A stretch of DNA of 58,903 bases, counting the filler. It is 8 parts of 8 records of this genome, joined end to end, with 100 filler letters (N's around TTAATTAATTAA, not from the genome) between each part and the next. Parts side by side here need not be neighbours in the genome. Positions count along the whole stretch, not along the records: positions 27,822 to 34,131 come from SRR31147125_799; positions 34,232 to 44,232 come from SRR31147125_816; 6 more parts are not named here. One strand, written 5' to 3'. Below are positions 27,838 through 38,569 of the stretch, piece after piece. The notes under the pieces are model-generated. The model was given only the letters and a program-made list of their open reading frames with translations, did not search any database and was not told the origin of the DNA. How positions within the stretch are numbered: the stretch's first letter is position 1; every line of letters begins with the position of its first letter. Position numbers and translations under genes: made by a program.

Positions 27838-28998
27838 ATGACAGATACTGTAATTACCCTCGCCCAAAAGCTAATAAAAATCAATTCTATCACCACTTCA
27901 GGTAACTCTGAATGGGCCGCCCAGGGTGGTGAAGAAAAACTGGCAAAATGGCTGGTCAGCTATTTATCCTCTTATGAATTTCAATGCGAACTCATGCCAA
28001 TTGAACCGGGAAGGCCGAACCTGATATGCCGCCACAAACAGTTTGACAGCTCATTGCCTACGGTCGCCTTTGAAGCCCATTTGGACACAGTAGACGTTGA
28101 TAGTATGACAATAGATCCATTTGCAGCTGATATTCATGACAATAAATTGTGGGGACGTGGTGCATGCGATGTCAAAGGCACGATGGCTGCGATGATACGT
28201 TCTTTGTTAAACTGGTACCAATCGAAAAAAACGCACAATTTTAATCTTATTTTTATTGCTTCAGCAGCGGAGGAAAACGGAACTCTTGGCTCAAAAATTT
28301 TAGCCGATAAAAATCTCGCCATGGACATGATTATTATCGGCGAACCGACATTATTAAATCCTGTTATTGGTCATAATGGCGTGTGGCGTTTTTCCATTGA
28401 AACAATGGGCCGCGCCTGCCACTCTTCCAGGCCTCAAAAAGGTTTAAATGCCATTGACGGGATGATTTCCGTTCTTCAGGTTATGCGGGATATCATTAAA
28501 CCTGAATTCGAAAGCTTTGACGGAAATTTCATGAGCATAACCACTCTTCATGGTGGTCAGTCAGTTAATATTATACCGGATAACTGCAAACTGGAAATAG
28601 ACGCGCGATTTAATGAAAAGATGGATATTGCCTCGTTCAGGTCCAGGATGTTGGAGGAACTTGAAAACCTGGGCAATATTGATGAAATTCAAAAGCCTAA
28701 ATTCACGGAAATCCAGAATTATCCGGCTTTTTGTACAATGAATAACTCACAACTATTAATCTTAATCGAATCGGCTCTCAGGGAATTAGATCAAAATTTT
28801 AACCACCTGGTAGAACCATGGTATTCAGATGCCGGATTTTTCTCAAAAGCCGGATATGATACTATTATCTGGGGTGCAGGTGATATTCAAAATGCCCATA
28901 CGGCTGATGAACATATTGAACTGGATCAGTTGGTCACTGCTGAAAAAGCACTGAATCAATTCCTCCTGGCTTGCGAGGATCATTATGAACCCAAATAA
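27838..28998 (+). CDS. argE: M20 metallopeptidase, ArgE/DapE family (probable acetylornithine deacetylase)
   Basis: 'HLDTV', 'GRGACDVKG', 'AEE', 'IGEPT', 'GRACHSS', 'NIIPD' and 'AHTADE'; clustered with argA. Confidence 0.75.
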   Translation: MTDTVITLAQKLIKINSITTSGNSEWAAQGGEEKLAKWLVSYLSSYEFQCELMPIEPGRPNLICRHKQFDSSLPTVAFEAHLDTVDVDSMTIDPFAADIHDNKLWGRGACDVKGTMAAMIRSLLNWYQSKKTHNFNLIFIASAAEENGTLGSKILADKNLAMDMIIIGEPTLLNPVIGHNGVWRFSIETMGRACHSSRPQKGLNAIDGMISVLQVMRDIIKPEFESFDGNFMSITTLHGGQSVNIIPDNCKLEIDARFNEKMDIASFRSRMLEELENLGNIDEIQKPKFTEIQNYPAFCTMNNSQLLILIESALRELDQNFNHLVEPWYSDAGFFSKAGYDTIIWGAGDIQNAHTADEHIELDQLVTAEKALNQFLLACEDHYEPK

Positions 28999-30249
28999 AA
29001 CAAAACAAAAGAAACCACTTAATTCCGTACTCATAAAACCGGCTGGACCGGATTGTAATTTACATTGCGCCTACTGCTTTTATTTCGAAAAAGCAGCTCT
29101 GTTCCCGGATCAAAAAACACATCGTATGACAGACGAGATCCTGAAAGAAACGGTCAGGCAGGTCATGCAGCAGGGTGGCCCAAATGTCAGTTTTGGCTGG
29201 CAAGGCGGGGAGCCAACACTCATGGGCAGAACTTTTTTCGAAAAAGCGGTTCAGTTTCAGAATAGATATGGCAGGAACGGACAGGTCGTCGGCAATGGTT
29301 TACAAACAAATGGAATATTAATCGATGACAATTTCGCTAAATTCATAGCGGATGCCAAATTTCTCGTAGGCCTCTCATTGGACGGGCCGGAACATGTGCA
29401 TAATAAATATCGCCGATTTATAGGTGGACAGCCATCATGGGAAAAAGTTGTAAAATCCAGAGACCGGTTATTAAATGCCGGCGCAGAAGTGAATGCGCTG
29501 GTCGTTGTTAATGATTATTCCGTATTACACTTGCGGGATATTTACGATTATCATAAAAAAAGTGGTATCAATTTCATGCAATTTATCCCGTGCGTGGAAC
29601 CGGATCCAACGCAACCATCAAAAGCAGCCCCCTTTTCGGTATCAGCTGAAGCGTATGGTCAGTTTTTATGTGATTTATTTGATCTATGGATTCAGGACTT
29701 TCGCTACGGTCAACCAACCACCTCGGTACGATTTTTCGATTCTGTTTTTCACACCTATGTTGGATTAAGGGCCCCGGAATGTACTTTATTGGACGAGTGC
29801 GGCATCTATGTCGTTATTGAACATAATGGTGATGTTTATTCATGTGACTTTTTCGTCGATCCGGAATGGCGTTTGGGAAATATTCAACAAGACAAGCTGG
29901 TGGATTTGCTGAATTCACCGCTGCAGAATAAATTTAGTGCCGTCAAAAAAATATGCCCGAGGAATGTTATGACTGTAAATGGCTTCCCTACTGTTATGGT
30001 GGTTGCCCCAAAGACCGTCAGGGAGATAAACGGGATAAAGGATCCAATCATTTTTGTATATCTTATAAAAAGTTTTTTGAACATGCCGATAGTCGTTTAC
30101 AAAAATTGGCTAAGGACTGGAAACATCAAAATGGCATGATTCAGCCCGAAGAAAAAAAGGACGATTACGAGGCAATAGAAATTGGCCGCAACGATCCCTG
30201 CCCTTGTGGCAGCGGTAAAAAATTTAAAAATTGTTGCGGATCTAGTTAA
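28985..30249 (+). CDS. Anaerobic sulfatase maturase-like radical SAM/SPASM protein with C-terminal SEC-C motif; frameshift in the A7 run at 29946-29952
   Basis: 'CNLHCAYC', 'WQGGEPTL', 'QTNG', 'SLDGP' and 'YSCDFFV'. The shifted frame gives 'CYDC...CYGGCPKDR...FC' and '[19 protein letters not shown]'. Confidence 0.88.
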
Positions 30250-30278
30250 TCTATTACATACTAAATGTGGATACATCA

Positions 30279-31595
30279 ATGTCAGCAAACAAAGAAATGT
30301 CAAACGGCTTTAGTAAATTCATCCAAAATTTACGTGCAGCACTACCCTATCTGGAAAAATTTTACAATGAGACGTTTATAATAAAATTAAGTGGCTATAC
30401 GCTTCAACAGGAAAATCTGACAACAATTTTGGACGATCTTATTCTTTTGCGTCGTGTCGGCATAAAAATCATTCTCATTCATGGAGCCGCTCCTCAGGTT
30501 AATGAACAGATTTTAGAGAATGGTAAAAAGGGCGGCTATACAAATAATCAATTATATATTGATGATACAACCTTCCCTATCGCACAGCGTGCCATTGCTG
30601 CCGCCAATTGGGATCTGGTCACCAAACTAAGCAATTATGGCAGCGATTTTTTACCGCTTACCGGCCATTTTATCCAGGCACAAAGAAAATCATCGCCAAA
30701 CAGTGTATCCTCTAAATATATAGGTGATGTTACAGATGTGAATATTCGCGCACTGGAACAAGCCACTGCACAACATTATATACCCATTATTACGCCATTA
30801 GGAATTGGCTCACGTGGTAAACTGTTTATATTGGATCCCAACCGAATCGCCCTTGAGGTATCTGCGAGAATGCGGGCGAGTAAATGTATTATTCTAACAT
30901 CTGAAAATGGCGACCTGGAAAAGGAACTCGGCAATAAAAAACAGGCATCCACAAAGGATATGCACGAGTGGTTACAAACCCATCCGGACATGAATTACTT
31001 TACCAAAAGGCAACTCTCTGCTTTAACTGAAGCGTGTGAACGCGGTGTTGAACGATGTCACCTGCTGGATAGTACTGTGGACGGTATTCTACTGGGTGAG
31101 ATTCTGACGTCTGCAGGAATAGGTATCATGATAACCAATAGCTCCTATCAACAGATACGAAGTGCAAAGTTTGCTGACATACACTCGATTGCTGAAATAC
31201 TGGAAAAACCCATCAGGGAGTCAGTTGTGGTCAATAAGAGCATCCACTATCTGGAACAACATATTGAAAACTTTATCGTATTTTGTGTTGACGAGGAAGT
31301 TGTTGGCTGCTGTGAACTGGTACCATATGATGATAGCTGGGCTGTTGAAGTGGCCAGCCTTGCTGTAAAAGAAGCACACCGCAATAGAGGTATTGGTAAA
31401 AGCCTGGTAGAAGCCGCGATTGATCAGGCAAAAAAAGAGAACAGAAAAGTGCTCTTTTCTTTGACAACAAAGGTTGGTTATCTGTTTACCGGTTTGGGAT
31501 TTAAAAAAATGAGCCCGAATCAATTACCTTTAAAAAAACGGAAAAACTATGATTTTCACGATTCTCTTATATATGGCATAGCTCTGCTGGACTAG
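30279..31595 (+). CDS. argA: Amino-acid N-acetyltransferase (N-acetylglutamate synthase; AAK + GNAT domains)
   Basis: 'ALPYL', 'ILIHGAAPQ', 'GVERCHLL...DG.LL.E..T..G.G.M' and GNAT motif 'EVASLAV..AHRNRGIG'. Confidence 0.85.
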   Translation: MSANKEMSNGFSKFIQNLRAALPYLEKFYNETFIIKLSGYTLQQENLTTILDDLILLRRVGIKIILIHGAAPQVNEQILENGKKGGYTNNQLYIDDTTFPIAQRAIAAANWDLVTKLSNYGSDFLPLTGHFIQAQRKSSPNSVSSKYIGDVTDVNIRALEQATAQHYIPIITPLGIGSRGKLFILDPNRIALEVSARMRASKCIILTSENGDLEKELGNKKQASTKDMHEWLQTHPDMNYFTKRQLSALTEACERGVERCHLLDSTVDGILLGEILTSAGIGIMITNSSYQQIRSAKFADIHSIAEILEKPIRESVVVNKSIHYLEQHIENFIVFCVDEEVVGCCELVPYDDSWAVEVASLAVKEAHRNRGIGKSLVEAAIDQAKKENRKVLFSLTTKVGYLFTGLGFKKMSPNQLPLKKRKNYDFHDSLIYGIALLD

Positions 31596-31639
31596 TATAG
31601 CCAATTTAGGGCTGAATCACCAAATTTAATGGATAAAAA

Positions 31640-32404
31640 ATGTTATCCCGGCGTCTTTTTTTTGAAAATAATCAAGGCATTAAATTAGCGGCCTACCTGG
31701 ATATACCCCAGGATCGGGAACCGATAGCCTACGCCTTGTATGCTCATTGTTTTACCTGCTCTAAAAACCTGAAAACGATTATTAAAATGGTTCATGCTCT
31801 TCGTGATTTGGGTATCGCTATTCTGAGGTTTGATTTTACAGGTATCGGAGAAAGTCAGGGCGATTTTACCAATACAAATTTATCATCAAATGTGCAGGAT
31901 ATTTTAGCTGCAGCAGAGTTTTTGCGCGAAAACAACTCTGCTCCTGAAATCCTTATCGGTCATTCATTGGGTGGTTCCGCTATCCTGCAGGCAGCACATC
32001 ACCTGCCCTCAGCTAAAGCTGTTGTGACCATTGCGGCGCCCCATGATCCATCCCATTTGGGAATGTTGTTGAATCATACCAAAGAACAGGCTGGTGAAAA
32101 GGGATTCGCAGAAGTGACCATAGGAGGCAGCAGATTCCGGTTGAGCAAAGAATTTTTCGAGGATCTTGAACAATCACGCATGTCTGAAACAATTAGAAAC
32201 CTGAACAAGCCACTTTTAATTCTTCATTCTCCAGATGATGCAACCGTACCGGTTGAGCACGCTTTAAAAATTTTGCAGGATGCCAATTATCCCAAAAGTT
32301 TTATCTCACTGCCATCAACCGACCATTTATTATCCCGCGAATCCGATGCCATCTATGTCAGCAGACTTGTTGCGGCGTGGATCAGCACATATATTCATGA
32401 ATAA
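31640..32404 (+). CDS. Alpha/beta hydrolase (OsmC-associated esterase domain)
   Basis: 'AHCFTCSK', 'LRFDFTGIGES.GDF', 'GHSLGG', 'HSPDD' and 'DHLLS'. Confidence 0.85.
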   Translation: MLSRRLFFENNQGIKLAAYLDIPQDREPIAYALYAHCFTCSKNLKTIIKMVHALRDLGIAILRFDFTGIGESQGDFTNTNLSSNVQDILAAAEFLRENNSAPEILIGHSLGGSAILQAAHHLPSAKAVVTIAAPHDPSHLGMLLNHTKEQAGEKGFAEVTIGGSRFRLSKEFFEDLEQSRMSETIRNLNKPLLILHSPDDATVPVEHALKILQDANYPKSFISLPSTDHLLSRESDAIYVSRLVAAWISTYIHE

Positions 32405-32474
32405 ATCCGCCTCTTCTGAATAACGTATTTTAAAATCGTAAACTCTTTAAAAAAAACAGTGTAATATAGGCTCC

Positions 32475-33527
32475 ATGACAATAGATAAAAATAAAAACCA
32501 ACAACGAGGAACTGCACATCCCCTAAGCATTGCACCGATGATGGAATGGACAGATCGTCATTTTCGATACTTTTTACGGCTCATTACAAAACGAACATTG
32601 TTATATTCTGAAATGGTGACGACGTCGGCCATACTTTATGGAGATCGTGAAAAATTACTGGGTTTTTCACCTGAAGAAAAACCGATCTCTTTGCAACTGG
32701 GTGGTGATGATCCTGCACAACTGGCTGAATGCGCCCGTATTGGTCAGGATATGGGCTATGATGAAATCAATCTGAATGTTGGTTGTCCAAGTGATCGGGT
32801 ACAAAGTGGACAATTTGGTGCCTGCCTCATGGCGAAACCGGATATTGTTGCAACTTGTGTGGAAGCTATGCGCTCAGCAACATCGATTCCTGTCACTGTG
32901 AAACATCGTATCGGCATCGACAATCTGGATCGTTATGATGATTTGAAAAATTTTGTTTCCATAGTATCCGGATCCGGTTGCGACAGATTTATCGCTCATG
33001 CCAGGATTGCTATTCTAAACGGCCTTAGTCCAAAAGAAAATCGCTCGATACCTCCTCTACGATATGAGGACGTTTATCAATTAAAAAATGACTTTCCTTT
33101 TCTGAAAATAGAACTAAACGGTGGAGTCAAAACAATTAATGAAGTCAGGCATCACCTGAATCATATAGATGGAGTCATGTTAGGCCGCATTGCCTATGAC
33201 GATCCCTATATTTTGGCGTCCGCTGACAGTGTTATATACCAGGAAAATTGGACACCACCTTCAAGAAGAGAAATAATGAATGCCCTTATTCCCTACCTGG
33301 ATGAATGTAAAAGCAAAGGTATTCGGCTTCAATATATAACACGGCATATCCTGGGGCTCTTTAGTGGGCAACCCATGGCAAGAAGCTGGCGACGATTTAT
33401 GACAGAAAACCTGAAAAATGAAAATGCTGACACGAAAAGCGTGAGTAACTCCCTGCGTATATTCGCTGATGAAATATTAGATGATCGCCCGGCGTTATTG
33501 GAATTAGATGGCTATGATGAAAAATAG
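32475..33527 (+). CDS. dusA: tRNA-dihydrouridine(20/20a) synthase
   Basis: 'APMMEWTDRHFR', 'QLGG', 'INLNVGCPSDRVQ.G.FGACLM', 'VTVKHRIG' and 'GLSPKENR.IPPL'. Confidence 0.93.
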   Translation: MTIDKNKNQQRGTAHPLSIAPMMEWTDRHFRYFLRLITKRTLLYSEMVTTSAILYGDREKLLGFSPEEKPISLQLGGDDPAQLAECARIGQDMGYDEINLNVGCPSDRVQSGQFGACLMAKPDIVATCVEAMRSATSIPVTVKHRIGIDNLDRYDDLKNFVSIVSGSGCDRFIAHARIAILNGLSPKENRSIPPLRYEDVYQLKNDFPFLKIELNGGVKTINEVRHHLNHIDGVMLGRIAYDDPYILASADSVIYQENWTPPSRREIMNALIPYLDECKSKGIRLQYITRHILGLFSGQPMARSWRRFMTENLKNENADTKSVSNSLRIFADEILDDRPALLELDGYDEK

Positions 33528-33765
33528 ATACATTAAGGAATTAATACCGCTATAATATATTTATTCGTTACGATTGTGTAATAGCGTAAAAACGGAATAA
33601 AGTTAAGATTTCAAGAATATCTACTTGATACTTGTTATTTCATTTTGTATCATATATTGGTGATAATGAATTACAAATTTGGAAATAACAAAATACGTTT
33701 TAAATCATAAAAGATAATTTCGTAATTGATAAAAATGTTTTTTTACACTTTATAGATTGTTTATT

Positions 33766-34131
33766 ATGAGTTTAATTGCAAACGACAATATAGCCAAAGA
33801 ACTAAAAGATCTTGATATCAACCATGTTCATTCACTAGATAGTGAATTGACAAATGGTGAATCCCTCGAATATTATGACAACTCTCAGATAACAAAAGCA
33901 GCTGTTTACCGTACACATTTATCCGGAATTGTAGGTAACTTTTTAGAAAGCTTTGAGGTGCAGTTATCCGTTCATGGACAGGAAATAAGCGGTAAATGTT
34001 CGTGCAATGACTCGGAGAGTATTTGTATGCATATGGTCGCATTGCTTTATGCCTGGGTAAATGATGGCAAAGATTTTTTAAACGTCAAGCTTGTTTTGGA
34101 TAAAATTAAAGATATGGATAAGGATAGACTT
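33766..34131 (+). CDS. SWIM zinc-finger protein, 3'-truncated
   Basis: 'CSC......CMHMVALL' fits the CxC..CxH SWIM motif. Confidence 0.75.
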
Positions 34132-34231
34132 NNNNNNNNNNNNNNNNNNNNNNNNNNNNNNNNNNNNNNNNNNNNTTAATTAATTAANNNNNNNNNNNNN
34201 NNNNNNNNNNNNNNNNNNNNNNNNNNNNNNN
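34132..34231. other. Artificial contig spacer
   Basis: N-run + TTAATTAATTAA + N-run. Confidence 0.99.
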
Positions 34232-35394
34232 GGCATAAAAACCTGAATTGTCCCTGCAAATCCACCCCCATGTACACGAAAAGCGGCATGATCCTTATTC
34301 CGCAGAAAGAACTCTGTAAGTGCCAGAGCCACACTTATGCCCTGCTCAGTTGTATTTTTTGTCGTGTAGCTGTTTTGCAACCATTTGAAGGAGGAAGAAC
34401 CAGATGCATTAACCAGATTGAGAAATTGAGTAAAGTCATTCTTTTCCAGAGCAGCAACCTGTTCAACAACCCGTTCATTTTCCTGCAGAAAATGCATGGC
34501 GCGCAACACAGCCCTGTCGCCAACGTTGCCACGTAATTCACCCATCCTGGAGATAACCTGCTCTATATTCAGATCCCGGCACACCTCTCCATTAAAAAAC
34601 CGGGCCACTTTTTTCATTTCCATCGGAATAGAAGCATAATCATCCGTGAGATCAGCGTGATTTCCTCCGGTATCCACGATCACCAGATTATAATCCGTTG
34701 CTTCAAAATCAAAATCAACCTTTTTTATCACAGGTTTTTCTGTATTCTCAAAATCAATCGTCACAATGCCGCCATATGCACAGGCAACCTGGTCCATGAG
34801 TCCGCTAGGCTTACCAAAGTACACATTCTCACTATATTTCCCGATAATGGCAATTCGTTCAGCAGTGACCTTGCCCTCATTATAGAGATAATTTAAAATA
34901 GTCCCTATAAGCACTTCAACTGACGCGGATGAGCTCAGACCGGAACCTGGTAATACATCACTGCACATATACGCATTGAATCCACCGATTTGTAATCCCA
35001 GTTGTTTGAACCGGGAAGCGATACCTCGAATCAGGGAAGAGGTCGTCTCTTTTTCACTTTCAATAGCCTCAAGTTCGGTCAACGACACAACAAAGGGCTC
35101 AGGATAACCTTCAGAAAACATCTTTATAGTATTCGAATCATTTTTAGCAGCTACAGCAATGGAATCGATATTGACGCTGCCAGCCAGAACACGCCCATGA
35201 TTATGATCCGTATGATTTCCACCAATCTCGGTTCTGCCGGGTGTGCTAAAAAAATGGCAGTCTGTTTCCTCAAACTGTTCGCTAAATAAGGTATAAAGCC
35301 TCTCATAACGTTTTATTTGATGTTGCATCACATTCTCATCGCTGCCATATACTTTTGCTAAAACAGAATGTAAATTTTGAATTATTTCAACCAT
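34232..35394 (-). CDS. galK: Galactokinase, 3'-truncated
   Basis: 'PGRTEIGGNHTDH', 'GSGLSSSAS', 'SGLMDQ' and 'RVHGGGFAG'. Confidence 0.92.
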
Positions 35395-35583
35395 ACCTTC
35401 CCTCGTTTCAAACTGTTATCTCATTCCAGGACACGAGACTTTCGAAAATCATCAAACATAATACCCTGAAAATGTACCACTGGAACATCAGATTATTTAT
35501 TATAATTTACAAAAACAAGATGTCAAATGGAATGTCTTTTTAACCTAATATAGCTCTGTTATAAAAACAAAAATCAATCAAAT

Positions 35584-35623
35584 CCCAAAAATCCCCATTG
35601 ATCAACAAATGGGGATTTTTGGG
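35584..35623. terminator. 16-bp inverted repeat downstream of the GH97 gene
   Basis: CCCAAAAATCCCCATT-GATCAACA-AATGGGGATTTTTGGG. Confidence 0.65.
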
Positions 35624-35719
35624 GTGTTACAGAACTCGAAATAATTATTCAAACTCAAATCAGGTGCATACACTTTGTATAGAGTATCATTATTTCCAGA
35701 CAATATATCGAAAATCAAT

Positions 35720-37692
35720 CTACTTGTGAATCCGCGCCACCCATCCCCCACCTGGCGCCAGATGAATATTCAAACTTTTATTTTTTGAAACGGTTTGCAC
35801 GGATTTTTTATAGTCACTGGCATATCGATCGGCATTGATGCCATCCTTAAAAATTTCTGCCGTGTAATTACCATCGCCGAGAAAGGAAAGATCTATCTGA
35901 AAATCACGCTCAGACCAGTCTGTCATGGCACCCACATACCATTCATCTCCATGTCTCCGAGCCATCACGATATAATCTCCGACTTTGGCCTGCAATGCCT
36001 TTGATTCATCCCAGACAGAGGGTACCGGAGAGAGAAACTCCATACACTCTTTTTCGCGGTAATAATTGGATGGATTATCACACAACATCTGCAAAGGACT
36101 TTCAAAGACAACATACATGGCCAGCTGGTGACATCGCGTTCCCATACTCATGGGGCGATTAAAAATATCGCGAAAATTATCCTTCTGCGCGTTTATCATG
36201 GCACCTGGTGTAAAATCCATAGGCCCGGCCACCATTCGGATAAAAGGTATTGTCACATTATGCTCAGGCGTGATTAAATCACTCCATTTACTATTTTCCA
36301 GTCCTTTCAGGCCTTCTCTGGTCAGGGCATTGGGATAGGTTCGTCTCAATCCACATGGCTTATAGGAACCGTGAAAATCGACTAACAAGTGATGTTTTGC
36401 CGCTTCCCGCGCTATTTTGTGATAGTAATTGACCATCCACTGGTCATCCCGCTGCATAAAATCTACTTTAATACCTTTAATGCCCCACTTTTCATACAGA
36501 TCCAGGGCTGCATCCAGCTGCTGATCAAGCGGGTTCCATAATACCCACAGAATAACACCGACATTCTTCTCGTTGCCATAACGGACCAACTCTTCTATAT
36601 CGATATCAGCAACAGGATGTAACACGTCTGTGGTTTTGGACCAGCCTTCATCCAAAATGATATAATCCAGATTGTATTCCGAGGCAAAATCGATATAGTA
36701 TCTATAGGTTTCAGTATTAATGCCGGCGCGAAAATCCACGCCATAAATATTATTATAATTCCACCAATCCCATGCCACTTTACCGGGTTTGATCCATGAG
36801 GTATCTTTTATCTGACAGGATTGAGCCAGCTTGAAGACCATCTCACTGTTAACAAGGTCCGCATCCTGACCGGCGATCACGAGAACACGCCATGGAAAAG
36901 ATCTCTTACCTGTTGTTTGAGCAATGTAAGACTCTCGTTCTTCTATCACTTCATTTCGGTCTGCCTGCTCGCCGGGTTTGACGACACGCGGTACAGCCGG
37001 GAATGTAGCCTGTAAAGAGTTTGTGTTATTGCCGATGAGGAACATGCCCGGATAATCCTGCAAATCCGCTTCGGTTATCAGGACTTTGGGTCCATCCGAA
37101 ATATCCACCAATGCCGGTAAACTCGCCATTTTATTGGACGGGATGTCACTCAGCTTGATATATTCATAAATACGTTCGAAATGTGAAACAAAGCCTTCCT
37201 CTGTTGGATAGTAAATAGAATTATCCTCACTGAAATTAATTGTCGATTTTTCGTTGACAACTATGATATCACCCTTTATGGAGGTAACAAATCGCCAGGC
37301 AACACCATCATCATAAGCACGGAAAACCAGCTTGAAGTTATTTTTGAATGACAGGGTCAACTGGTTATAAACATCATAAACAACACTGTTTTTGTGGGCA
37401 ACAACAGGAAGAATTTTTTCATTAACACTGGATTTTTCCTGTTTAACAGCCCGGGATTTTTCCCCAGGATCACACCATCCTCAAGTTCCATAGAAATCGG
37501 GGAGGGCTGGATTATTTCCTTTTCACCATATTGAACAGAATAGGTGATATCCTGTTCGACAGAGATATTCACCTTTATTTTTTTATCCGGGGATTGAATA
37601 CTATAATCATTGGCAAACAGGTTTGTGTTTACCATGCCAATACAGAACACCATTATACAGCATATGATCCCTGTTGTTTTTATAAAGTCCAT
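35720..37692 (-). CDS. Glycoside hydrolase family 97, secreted; frameshift near 37452
   Basis: Signal peptide and 'SPD' N-terminus in the 111-aa frame. Then 'FRAYDDGVA', 'SWIKPGKVAWDWW', 'LDEGW', 'GIKVDF', 'DFHG', 'REG..GLE' and 'GPMDFTPG'. Confidence 0.92.
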
Positions 37693-38569
37693 CCTATTCT
37701 CCCTTTTTTGAGTTCAACTTGCTAAAATAAATTTCAAGGATATTATTTTTTCAGAAAATGAAAACCCCGGACAAAGGAATCGGGTAAAATTGTCCCAAAT
37801 TCATTTGTCTCATTTGAAAATATAAATAATTTGCAAACAAAATGCATGGATTTTTATAAAAGGTTTGTGGATTTTTGGGAGTAGGTAATAATAGGATGAA
37901 ATATTATAATTGTTATCTCTCCCGGCTTTCAGTGTGGGGCCCAATCAGAAAAACGGCCTGTCGCCTATCAGACCCGTTGTCGGTACGCTTTTAAGTAAAA
38001 GGCAAATTCTTTGGAGTGAATTGACTGTGTCAATTCCTTCTCGCACGCTCTTTGCTGGAAAAGTTTTTTCAAACAAAAGGTGCAACAGCAACGGGTCGAT
38101 ATTTTGCGTTATTTTTGTGAAAGTTTAATTCACTCAATTTTATGCAGGTTCACTGCAGCAAAATGACTTTTCGGCATCCTTTCCAATCTTTAACGGATAT
38201 TTCCGACAGTGCATCTCCCCGACATGCGAAACTATCCTATTTTTTAGCCAATCCATCATCTACCAAGCCAAACCACTCATCAAGTATCACCTTTTATAAA
38301 AGTCTACCTATTCCTGAAAGTTGCTAAAAACTTTACGCCGAAAAACAAGTACGCAAAAGATTCGCTATGCGGGTATTAAACATATAATTTCAAACCTGTT
38401 TTGTGATACCATCAATTTTAAATACCAACCAAAAAGAAACGAGAACCGGACCACAACACTAGAATTCACTCGCCCTCGTTGTTTCTACAAAACATCTCTC
38501 AGATATGTTTCGTAGTTGTAAACCGGAAAGGTATCCTGCACAAGGATTATATGATTTACAGAGGACCAT

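Noticed and set aside
37910-38515. Three short plus-strand ORFs (72, 61 and 64 aa) upstream of the kinase
   Set aside because: Two have TTG starts, none has a clear RBS or motif, and they are probably non-coding.
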